Positions 55,025 to 63,808 of a stretch of 64,000 nt of DNA are shown here, in pieces. This stretch comes from Balanoglossus misakiensis (lineage: Eukaryota > Animalia > Hemichordata). Position 1 is the stretch's first letter; every line of letters begins with the position of its first letter. The notes beneath the pieces are model-generated. The model saw nothing but the letters and a program-made list of their open reading frames with translations, did not search any database and was not told the origin of the DNA. The translations under genes were made by a program, and so were the position numbers. The stretch covers positions 8,907,878 through 8,971,877 of the forward strand of contig CM082581.2 of the NCBI GenBank assembly GCA_040954595.2, given 5' to 3'.

Positions 55025-57519
55025 TGCGTGTATGCATGTGTGTCAAAAACACCCACCACACCTCGCAACTTGTTTTTCAAAAGTGCAATGCATGCAATAT
55101 CAGAAAGGGTCACAGTGACATCAGACAGGTATAAGCTACTTTGCATTCAGATTGCAACACATCTGTGTTCTACGTCAACTTTTACACTCAACTGATCACA
55201 CTCTTAGACTGAAACTACTTCGAGGCATTTGGTATTCTATAGTTGCATACAAATCACCTTTTTTGTAGAAGGAGAGAACCACTGATATAATTACATGTGG
55301 AGTCACAGTTTTAATTCAAAGACAGAGTGCTTCCAATGTTGTCACCTAGCTGTGTCTATGTCAGTTTGCTCAAAATAAAAATTGGAATTGTATGACAGCA
55401 TCAATTTTGTCTCTAGAGGATCAGTGCCATATATTATCATACTTGAGGCATTGGACAGATTCACTGTAGAAATTAGCTGTGTGCACATTGCAGACGCCAA
55501 CAGACACATACCACATTATACCTTCAGAACTAGATATACAATTTGACAGTGATTGCACTACATATTGAAACAAGCAATTACTGTATGCTGCGTTGAACCC
55601 CTGACACACATTGCTGTGACTGAAGCCAAGCTAGCTGTCAACCAATGCTGATGCTGACTATGGCCAACTTCTTGAAAGAAGAAATCTTTGATTATAAACT
55701 ACAATACATGTACTAGTAAGTGACATTCAGATACATACCAGGGAATCCCAGTCTGATGGTATGAACCACTGTCTTCCATTTGCACTGATTTCTAAGAAAA
55801 AGAAAAGGAAATGTAAGCGATTCCATGTCATAATGAAGTACACTTTATTTATTCATTTAGGCATAACTGCCATGGGAATTAATGTATTGCTTGGTGTCAT
55901 CGAAGAGTGTTGTGAAGAAAGGTTAAGACATTGTGTCTTAGCCTCCAGGTTTACTTACAAGATTGACACACAACTTATAATATTGGTTAACCGAAACTAC
56001 ACGCCAAATAGTCCACGGGCCTGTTCTGAATTCTGATAATAAACCTATCAATCAGAATGCCTCCATTAACTGTCAATGAATTTTACTCAGCAAAAAAAAT
56101 CGAAAACTTCACAGCTTATACAGCCTTGTTCTGTAACATCTGCCTGTGGTGGACCCAGCCACTGCATGGCAGCATCAATCATGCAGTGTACTGAAAGGTA
56201 CTGTCAAGATTTGTATTAGTCACTTAATAATGATGATATATGATGATAAACTGCCTTCCTTATTCAAAGTCATATGTTTTAACCACAAATGATTTATCAA
56301 AGTTTTAAAATGATGCTGGATGCATACACGAACAAGCTGCCTTTGAATCTCTGAACTCGTAACTTTCATTTAAGAGGACTCGTGGTGGCAGTATTTCATT
56401 TTCAACAACAGATGTCTATGCTTCATAGAAAGGCCAGCAGCAATTAAAGAAAAGGCATGTAAGACAAATAGTAAAACAGCAGATTTTAATTGTGGGTTCT
56501 CATAATGAGCAATTTTCTTAATTTTCTTATTATCTGTTTTGATTCTGTTCATCATATTGTATTTGTATGTTTGCACATGTGTTTGTATTGGTAAACATGT
56601 CAGTTGTCACAATGCCTGTTTCATTGCGGGTTTTTTAACACAGGGCACTTCCTTTGGAATTGAATTGTGTTACCACAAAGCTTTCACAATCCCTCCATAA
56701 ATTTTCCCAACAAGGAAATAATGAAACAAGATGTCACTATCTGAGTACCACCTGTTACGAGATATTAAATGTTGTAAAGCACTACATTCTTGTTTTAAAT
56801 TTTAGAATACACAACATATGAACAAATACCTGAACACATCTAATTTTTGGTTGGTTATGCACACAAAATATGCACTGGGGCATCAGATGGCTCAGAGTTG
56901 ACCAATAGAGTGCAGACAAGGCACCCAAAGCACAGCAGTGCATATAATGTGTCATGTGTTGACACATTGAGTGACAGAAAACACATATTTTGAGGAAAGA
57001 GCAATGAAATTCTGTGGCGAGGGCAAAAGTTTAATCCTCTCTGACAGGAGATGAGTGGCAATCTACATCAACACTAACAGACTGTTTCATATGTCGAATG
57101 GTAAACAGATGGTTCCGTCCCAAATCAGACATACATGTATGTTGTGTGTCTATTGGTATGTTGTCTTTATTTTTAAAATGAATTGTTGTAAAATATTAAC
57201 ATTATAATATCTTCTAAAAGAAGAATTTCTGGATGAGTTTGTTCAGAGGAAGTTGAAGTATGGAGTGGTGGCTCAGAAGATGCTGGATCAAACTGCTACA
57301 ATGTACATATGTGTTGCAGCAATGTACATGCAACCAATACTGCGGAAACGCAGCTTTACTACAGTGGCATGACAACGACAGCTTCTGTGGTTACCGTATG
57401 CAAATTGACGTCTCAGTGACGTCACAGACGCCGCAAAGAGATACCACTTTCACTGTCTCAGAAAAGCTGCGTTTCCACAGTTCTTTCTTATCATAATATG
57501 TGATATTTTCTCACCTCAT
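17318..57519 (-). CDS. RBM41: RNA-binding protein 41 (minor spliceosome-associated RRM protein, paralog of U11/U12-65K/RNPC3); join of 57515-57519, 53998-54171, 52420-52621, 31234-31450, 24318-24856, 19392-19539, 17318-17412; about 459 aa
   Basis: Seven exons join in frame through GT-AG introns (1380 nt including stop). The peptides resemble vertebrate RBM41 as I recall it: TEAERHLQKMLQKQLDTNVTLE, TFKPFVERAAGELSLEQF, MSRHEMEIENSLYRG, NRLSIAEIRNIPRFKDYTPGQPNKVLYLKNL and the C-terminal RRM (TGRMKGQAFVTF...LNGYKLKGRPVIIQYGK). Confidence 0.93.
19392..19539 (-). CDS. RBM41: RBM41 coding exon 6, RRM RNP2-RNP1 (VLYLKNLPPGVTEFDLIAMFIRYQQPQGPKILFRLLTGRMKGQAFVTFD)
   Basis: Translated by hand (absent from the ORF track). 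Acceptor ccatctatag, donor T|gtaagt, with RNP2 LYLKNL and RNP1 KGQAFVTF. Confidence 0.95.
22221..22470. repeat. (TACA)n microsatellite, about 250 bp
   Basis: Directly visible. It explains the MYVC/YIHT ORFs. Confidence 0.98.
24318..24856 (-). CDS. RBM41: RBM41 coding exon 5 (low-complexity linker plus NRLSIAEIRNIPRFKDYTPGQPNK pre-RRM extension)
   Basis: Acceptor ttctttttcttcaccag, donor AAG|gtgagt, within ORF 24303..24884. Confidence 0.93.
31234..31450 (-). CDS. RBM41: RBM41 coding exon 4 (PPKRSKLGMDPVALQTKL...EMEIENSLYRGTEKANVLSHLTA)
   Basis: Acceptor gcttttttctctag, donor A|gtaagt, overlaps ORF 31190..31426. Confidence 0.92.
34966..35043. repeat. Compound trinucleotide microsatellite (CAA/GAC grading into (GAT)n)
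   Basis: Directly visible. It explains the poly-Met ORF. Confidence 0.95.
39220..39500. mobile_element. Possible non-autonomous interspersed repeat (Helentron/HINE-like end structure)
   Basis: Ends in a short hairpin agctc...gagct followed by an A-run, with internal degenerate repeats (tttcagagaaga / tttcaagaaga). Family resemblance is from memory only. Confidence 0.35.
44003..44063. mobile_element. 61-bp micro-MITE with perfect 8-bp TSD (hAT-like)
   Basis: gcaaaggc|tagtctagtatctagcc...ggctaaatactagacta|gcaaaggc. Confidence 0.85.
44745..45090 (+). mobile_element. Degenerate 3' fragment of an L2/CR1-group LINE ORF2
   Basis: Broken frames give KYDHIQLLLQKLHWLPISSCIHHKV, YLSELLHPYTP and FGERSSHILAP. 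These match the HITP.L..LHWLP / YL.ELL..Y.P / G.R.FS..AP pattern of L2-clade ORF2 C-termini. Stops and frameshifts are present. Confidence 0.8.
47961..48161. repeat. Minisatellite, 55-bp unit, about 3.7 copies
   Basis: Unit agttttggatttatacaagctgtctctaaatattcaggctgcaatgacaatgtta starts at 47961, 48016, 48071 and 48126. Confidence 0.95.
52078..52260. mobile_element. MITE with TA target duplication (Tc1/mariner-like)
   Basis: ta-ctgtaaaacgggttattttcgc ... gcaaaaataacccgttttacag-ta, with internal cgcgaaa(att) sub-repeats. Confidence 0.88.
52420..52621 (-). CDS. RBM41: RBM41 coding exon 3 (QLSQHKTFTEGATFKPF...GLSEDEIALKLQTEGKEYHGV)
   Basis: Acceptor cttcttcttaactgcag, donor GTG|gtgagt, lies within ORF 52309..52872, phases consistent. 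Confidence 0.92.
53998..54171 (-). CDS. RBM41: RBM41 coding exon 2 (GDRRRYGSRGVTRMSG...TEAERHLQKMLQKQLDTNVTLEG)
   Basis: Acceptor ccctaattcttttcatcacacag, donor GG|gtaagt, conserved N-terminal RBM41 motif. An in-frame alternative acceptor lies 12 nt inside (exon edge 54159). Confidence 0.85.
54223..54531. mobile_element. Palindromic MITE with about 130-bp imperfect terminal inverted repeats, TTAA-type target (Kolobok-like)
   Basis: agggacaaagtctctctctcgctgcc... at the left mirrors ...ggcagcgagagagagactttgtccct at the right. Flanks are ttaa and ttag. Superfamily is inferred from the TSD and termini only. Confidence 0.85.
54970..55042. repeat. (TG)n microsatellite
   Basis: Directly visible. 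Confidence 0.97.
57515..57519 (-). CDS. RBM41: RBM41 putative first coding exon (ATGAG, M-S)
   Basis: Minus strand ATGAG|GTGAGA donor. Phase 2 matches the next exon (AG|T GGT GAT = S-G-D). Very short, so inferred from phase and position near the promoter. An internal ATG in exon 2 is an alternative start. Confidence 0.55.
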
Positions 57520-57809
57520 GCAGCTGTCTGCTCGAAAGAAAGAGTGTGCTTTTGATAGAGGGCGCCAAATCGGCCGATTTACGGATGTCGAAAATTAATA
57601 GATAGACATAAAGTCACACAATTTGCCTTATTATGATACCAAAAGCTATCAGTTGCTAGATCTATTGCACTAAACACTTCATTGTTGGCCATTCTGGTAT
57701 TTTTAACATTATATTTCGAAAACTACGAAATCTTAGACGTGCGACAAATGCTTACCATTTGACGACAATCAATCAGCTGTGTTTGCGACGCTCATTTGAA
57801 TCGAGCGTC
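57520..57809. promoter_or_regulatory. Bidirectional promoter / 5'UTR region shared by RBM41 and MSL3
   Basis: About 290 bp separate the divergent start codons. The region is locally CpG-rich relative to the flanking RBM41 introns. Confidence 0.7.
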
Positions 57810-57914
57810 ATGTCATCTTCGACAAGGGGAATTAAACCCCTATTTTCCGAAGGAGAACGTGTACTATGTTTCGAGCCTGATCCAACTAAAGCTAAAGTTC
57901 TGTATGATTCTAAG
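57810..57914 (+). CDS. MSL3: MSL3 exon 1 ([35 protein letters not shown])
   Basis: ATG at 57810, donor AAG|gtaatg. Confidence 0.95.
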
Positions 57915-60900
57915 GTAATGATTTTTACCATTTAGATTTGTAATTCCTCTGATATTTGCCTCGTGCGTGTTGAGGTGACTGCAGTGTTGTGTACATACAC
58001 ATGTAAATAGGAGTGATCGTTTGGTCCATTTCTTAACATGTTAACGATCTTGAGACATTTTTACTCCGAGGTCAGGATACTCAGGCTACAAAAGGAAGAT
58101 TAAGAGATGCTTTGCACTTTAATTGATAATATGCCCGCACAGAATACTAGTATATTCATGCAACAGTAAAATAATACGAAATCCCTGGCCCTGACAGCGC
58201 CACCATCGACTGTATCATGTTATGCTTTTTTTCTCCCAAGGTGTTGGAAGTGGACTGGACCAGGGATGAGAAAGGGAGACGAGTACCGGAATACCTTGTA
58301 CATTTCAATGGATGGAATCACAGGTAGGGTCGAATAATCACAACGTCAATTCTTGATGAAATTAATTGGCTGTATAGTAATAATGACCAGGAAAAAAAGA
58401 TACTTCAACAGTCATGTGTTGTTTAATATTTTTGTTACTAGTTGGGATAGATGGGCCTTGGAAGAATATGTGCTCAAAGATATTGAAGAAAACAGACAGT
58501 TACAGGAAAGGCTCCAACGAGAGGCAGAAGAAAAAATGTGAGTATTATCAGCCTATCATTTTAAGAATGATTAATTTTACTATGTTTCTTGATTCTAACA
58601 AGATGACACAAGTAAATAGTATGTAAAGAATAGCAACTTTATATGAAACAGAAGTTTATGTTTGTTTGGTTTTTTCTTCCACAGGAAGAAAAAGAAAAAG
58701 AAGAGAAAATTGTCTGAAATTATTGCTGAAACCAAGCAGAAGAAAGTGAAACAAGTCAAGAATGACGGTAAGCTGTGAAGCAGACTCATAACACATGCAG
58801 TACAAAAATGTACTTGTATTAGAGTACACCAAACTTGGTACATATATGCCAAATATGTTTTATAATTATTCTGAACAATGTTGAATAACTTTTGCATTGA
58901 TCTTTGCAATTTTACAAAGATGTATCAGAGTCTGAAGAGGATGAAGGAAATTTGAGTGAGGTGAGTTGATATTTACTTTTTTTGAATATTGACCTGTCAG
59001 ACCATACAAATTTGGCAGAGCGACCGAGTTTACTATTTGCATTGACCTTTGACCCCTCTCCCCAGGACACCTCAGAAAATGATATTGAAGCCTCGGAGGT
59101 GCCAATAAACATTCCAGAAATCCTGAAGGCAAGATTAGAAGATGATTGTTATTACATCAACAAAAAGAAGCAGGTGAGATTTGTGTTATGCTTTTGTATT
59201 CACATCTTACCCGATCTATGCGTACAAAGTTTGCATCCTAAGGGGAAACGAGTAAACACAAACCAAAATGTTATCATTTATTAAAGTCAAATTCACATAA
59301 GTTACTCATCTGGAAGTATTACTTACTTGAAGGGTGTGTTAGGACTTGTCAAGAATGAATGTTAAACAGACAAATTTACACTGTATCATTTCTTTTTATT
59401 TTTCTAGCTGGTACAGCTTCCAATACAACCCAATGTCATCACCCTATTTGAAAATTACTTGAAACACTTTGCATTGACTGTCCACGTCTCAGAGAAGCAC
59501 CGTCCGCAGTCATCTACCAATGTAGTTCATGGATTATACGCTAATAAGTTTGATGGTCCCCAAACTGTTCCACCTGAACACAGGTAAGTACAGTGGTCTC
59601 CTGTCATGTGCATTTCCAAAAAAATGTTTGGATGACCTCTGCTTTCCCTCTAGTGCAGATTTATACCCGCTTGGTCAAGTTTAAGGCCACCAAAATGTTT
59701 GAGAGGAACTTTTTTGTATTTCTTTCGATTGTGGGTAGTCAGATATAGGCAGTCATGATCATGGATTTTCTTTTAAAAAGTTTTATTTTTGTGTGTTTCA
59801 TTTCACAGTATTGATCTGGTGAAGGAGATTGTTGAAGACCTGAGAGTGATCTTTGACTTTGCCCTGCCGTTGGTCCTACTCTTTGGCAGTGAACGTGCTC
59901 AGTATACCAAGCTGTCAACATCAACATTTTTGCCTGTGGTGCCTCCAAAAAAGGATGAGGAGGAAGAAAACTTGACAGGGTCCGTCCACTCTCAGCATAA
60001 GTGATACCAATAGGCTGTGTCCATGTTGTATCCATGTAATTCAAAGATGAGTTTGAAACAGACTTAAATAACAAAGAATTTTTTCTCTGTTTGTCCCTTT
60101 AGAGATCCAGAGATCAGTTTCAAGAACAGCAACACCCAGCGGAGCAAGCAGTTTCAAAAGAGACCTCTAAGTCCGCAAACATTTACAGCAGAGATCGCGA
60201 TGACATTGAAAAGCCTTAAAAGGGAACGAGAAGCGGAGGAGACCGAAAGCGCGGCCACAGCACGGAGGATTACTCGTAGGCAATCCACCGAGCTCAGATT
60301 GACAGAGAAGAGCAGCACAGCGCCCCCATCAGGCAGTTCTCCCCCGACGCCCAGACGCCGAACTGAGACAAAACCGGCGGCGTCCAGTTCTACTACACCT
60401 CTGGCAGCAGCACCATCTTCCCCTGAGAAATCCATACCGACGAGAACATCGACTAGACACGCCCAGCAACAGAGCGCCGCGACTCCACTGCCCACCCCAC
60501 CCCAGATAACACAGCAGAGCGCGGGGCAGACCAGCCTGCAGGCGATGTTGCAGTCAACGTGCAGCAACAGAAGTCGCAAGGGCAGCAACTGCAGCAGCGC
60601 TCGGTCCACTCCGGGCATTTGTGAAGTCAGCAACTGTTCCTGGAATCTCAAGGACTGCACGGATGTGTTGTCATGGACACTGTTGCCTAGTGATTTTGTA
60701 AGCGAGGGACCGACACCACCGTCACTGATCTATGGCGCTCAACATCTCCTCAGGCTGTTTGGTTAGTAACCCCAGTCTTCTTTCTAGTATTAGCTCCAGC
60801 TCCAATATTAATCGAAGATGACACATTCACAAATGCTTCAAATCACTGTGCTTTGTCATACCATTTAACTTTCTTTCTTTCTTTCTTTCTTTGTCTTCAC

Positions 60901-61268
60901 AGTGAAATTACCAGAAATCCTGGGTAAAATGCAGATTCCACAAAAGACTTTAAAGATACTTGTGAAGCACATAGAAGGAATCATCAAGTTAGTATCAATT
61001 TCTGTCATATCAGTGCTTTTTTTATCAAAGACATTGGATAAAAAAAATGGTGTGTGACATCCAAGGGTGGTGAGAGGCCTGTTGTTCTGGAACATTCAAA
61101 ATAGCTGAAACAGCCAAGATTGTCCCTTAAACTTCATATAATGCAAAATTTTCTATTTATGATTTTCCCCACAGATATTTGGCGATGCCTGATAATGTTG
61201 AAGATTTCTTACCGGAGTGTGTGTATTTGCCTGCTGAGGAAGTATATGGAAATTTCAAAAAAGTGTAG
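57810..61268 (+). CDS. MSL3: Male-specific lethal 3 homolog (MSL complex subunit; chromo-barrel plus MRG domain); join of 57810-57914, 58241-58323, 58442-58537, 58685-58767, 58920-58960, 59066-59173, 59408-59583, 59809-60000 (or 59979), 60103-60761, 60903-60987, 61175-61268; about 573 aa
   Basis: Eleven exons join in frame with GT-AG introns. The N-terminus [24 protein letters not shown]...[16 protein letters not shown] is typical of the MSL3 chromo-barrel. MRG motifs [33 protein letters not shown] and [25 protein letters not shown] are present. Confidence 0.96.
58241..58323 (+). CDS. MSL3: MSL3 exon 2 ([27 protein letters not shown])
   Basis: Acceptor ttttttctcccaag, donor CAG|gtaggg, chromo-barrel aromatic residues. 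Confidence 0.95.
58442..58537 (+). CDS. MSL3: MSL3 exon 3 ([31 protein letters not shown])
   Basis: Acceptor tttttgttactag, donor AT|gtgagt. Confidence 0.93.
58685..58767 (+). CDS. MSL3: MSL3 exon 4 (basic, NLS-like [27 protein letters not shown])
   Basis: Acceptor ttttcttccacag, donor G|gtaagc, phases consistent. Confidence 0.88.
58920..58960 (+). CDS. MSL3: MSL3 exon 5 (acidic [14 protein letters not shown])
   Basis: 41-nt exon that is needed to convert phase 1 to phase 0, donor GAG|gtgagt. Confidence 0.82.
59066..59173 (+). CDS. MSL3: MSL3 exon 6 ([36 protein letters not shown])
   Basis: Acceptor cccctctccccag, donor CAG|gtgaga, start of the MRG domain. Confidence 0.93.
59408..59583 (+). 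CDS. MSL3: MSL3 exon 7 ([22 protein letters not shown]...VPPEH)
   Basis: Acceptor tttttatttttctag, donor CAG|gtaagt. Confidence 0.93.
59809..60000 (+). CDS. MSL3: MSL3 exon 8 ([32 protein letters not shown]...); 3' edge either 59979 or 60000
   Basis: Acceptor tttcatttcacag. Two weak phase-2 donors are possible (GG|gtccgt, AA|gtgata). Confidence 0.85.
60103..60761 (+). CDS. MSL3: MSL3 exon 9 (S/T/P/R-rich insertion plus [15 protein letters not shown])
   Basis: Acceptor ttgtccctttag, open through ORF 60200..60766, donor G|gttagt. Confidence 0.92.
60903..60987 (+). CDS. MSL3: MSL3 exon 10 ([28 protein letters not shown])
   Basis: Long (CTTT)n pyrimidine tract followed by cacag, donor AA|gttagt. 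Confidence 0.93.
61175..61268 (+). CDS. MSL3: MSL3 last exon ([30 protein letters not shown])
   Basis: Acceptor ttttccccacag, TAG at 61266-61268. Confidence 0.9.
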
Positions 61269-62002
61269 CATATGAAGCATAAACTATGCACTGGCTCCTA
61301 TCATGAATACTCTCAGAGTTCACTCATTCTACTTACTTTTGATAGACTACTAACATTGTTGTCACCAGCTGTTCTGTTTCCATGATTTTTTACAGCATGT
61401 TTGAATTTAGAAATTATTAGAGATAAATGGAAAAGAAACAAACCCTATATGACCATATAGATGTACATGTTATATGAAACTGGGTCAATATCCATAGTTG
61501 ACCAATTATGTTCTAAAACCTGCATTCCAAGGAGATACTCTATTTTTTACTTAAGACCCAACTAGACATCATCACAGGCCTTCTACTTAATAGAGGGAGA
61601 AGTCTGCATGGTCTCACCATAATCCACCTTATATAGGAGACTTTCGTGTTTAACCAAACATACATCTGTACAATCTCATATTGGTTACCTTCTCAGCATT
61701 TTTCCAAAACTGCAACTCTGATACCATAGACATGCGATGAAGGATGAACCTGTTTACTATTATATAACAACAGCAACAAAAGTATCAATATTATAAAACA
61801 AAAGAATCTTAATTTTGTCCCATCAAGTTTTGTACCATTATGGATAATTAATATTTAGTCCACTATATCACTGCCATTTGTAATCATTTTTCTTATTTAG
61901 TAACAAATTCCGAGTACAGGCCATAATGAAAAGGTCAACTTTCGAATTTGAACAAAGTTGTCTTGTGTCGGAATGAGAGATTAATTTCTAAGTATATTTC
62001 TG

Positions 62003-62008
62003 AATAAA
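62003..62008 (+). terminator. Candidate polyadenylation signal (AATAAA) for MSL3
   Basis: First AATAAA I noticed after the MSL3 stop, followed by T/GT-rich sequence. Confidence 0.45.
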
Positions 62009-63404
62009 GATTAGAACCTAAGGCTGACTGTTTTAGAGATGTTAGTTTGAAATTTCTGTTTCTATTACTGTAAGTTCATGACCCTATAGGTACGTCATGT
62101 TGATAGCTGTTTAACAACATAGACTAGGCATTGCCGGAGCGCCCGCACACGACTCAATGAATCTTTCAGTCGTTCTCATCAAATGCGTTCTTTATTGTGC
62201 GATCAGATCTTGAAAATGGCGGTACTTTTAAAAGTTTCAATTCTATGAGCACAGTCCATCCCAATGAAATCAATCTATTTTGATATACCCCCCAAACAGA
62301 AGACAGCTGTGAGACATTTTGAGTTAAAACGAAATGCAAAAATGTCCGTACTTGTAGGCTTTAGAGCAGTTGTATCGTAGCTGATTGGGCACCCAGGGTA
62401 GCCACCATTTATCAACCAATTTCAGTGAAGCACTAATACTAAATTGGTCCTAGTTTCAGTCATATTTCTTAAATGTCAGACTACTATTTCATTAGACTCA
62501 CTATACATCTTCATTTCGATGAAATAATAATATGAATGAAAAAATCGTCATTTTATAAAGCCCAAGGAAATCTGAGGACTAACCAGATTCAGAAAGATTT
62601 TGTAGTTTTAATATTAATGCCTTCATAATAATTGGGAATACTATATTGAGCAATATGAATTACATATGGATACGATCAATCCGGCTTTAGGCCTAATGGA
62701 TATAATATGAAAAAGACGGCAAGTGCATGAATTCGATCTGCTAGTTATGTAGAAAATGTTGTCATAGCGATTAAAACGAGACAATGAAGCTTATATCACT
62801 ATCATCATATGGTTTAGTTTGTGAATGTGGTCAGTATAAAATATCGAGTCATAATGATCGATCTCATTTTACTGACTAAAATCAAGAAGTAGGTATAAAA
62901 TGTCTTAAGTCGATATACCAATTATATCGTAGCAAAATTATGAATTATAATACCACGCTTTGTCATTTTCGTAGCCATTGCCCGAAATTCTGTCTAAAAC
63001 CAGGTAAAATTCCGCTAATGTTTTAAAACTCTTCACATCCTTCAAAATTTACCCCCCCCCCCGGAACCGTGCACCACTTGGCACTAAGTTCTGCAGAGCA
63101 TTTTCAACTCGCCGTTGACGTACGAGCCTGGCTGCCCGTCTGTATGTAGTCCGACCCCGGGAGATTTTCAATACGTATGATGCTCCAAGCATAATCAGCG
63201 AGTCAGCGCGATCATGGTCTACGGCCTCCTTTGTGCCCATTGCAAAACGAACTGCATCTTCACTTGCCTCTGTAGAAGTTTGTGAGGATCAATCGCGCTC
63301 AACATCCAAAATCTGCGCACTTGGCAAGTTCGGTAAGTGGTGTGATGAACGTTCTTGGTATAGACTAAACTTTTGTAATGTTTGTTTAAAACATGTGCAA
63401 CGAT

Positions 63405-63718
63405 TTAAGTTGAGAGTTTTCGTCTAGGTGAGTAAGGCCAGAACGACTGGCCAGTTTCCAATTTCCTGTACACATTATTGATTTTCAACTCCTCTGCTTT
63501 GCCGTTAAATGTTGACTTGATTTCCACCAGCTGTGACTTGAAGGGACTGAATACGTACATAACGGGGTCTCCGTGGATAATTTCGGATAGAGCACACACT
63601 GCAAGTTTGCCATCCACTAAGCCATGGTTAATCTCTATGGAAACGGGTGACCTTTCTTTGATGTGGGCAACTTGCAGTAGCAAACTGTCGCGTGACTGTG
63701 AGCGAACATCGACGATAT
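63405..63718 (-). CDS. Last coding exon of an unidentified gene (DIVDVRSQSRDSLLLQVAHIKERSP...FWPYSPRRKLST*)
   Basis: Acceptor tttctactttccgcag, 314 nt open to TAA, phase matches the upstream exon across a 90-bp GT-AG intron. Confidence 0.7.
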
Positions 63719-63808
63719 CTGCGGAAAGTAGAAACGTGTTGCATAAATCCAACCATATAAATCAACAATATCTGTTTTTAAAACCAGTTACGGTAACATC
63801 TAACGCAC

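Noticed and set aside
60154-60660. 168-aa minus-strand ORF
   Set aside because: Antisense shadow of GC-rich MSL3 exon 9.
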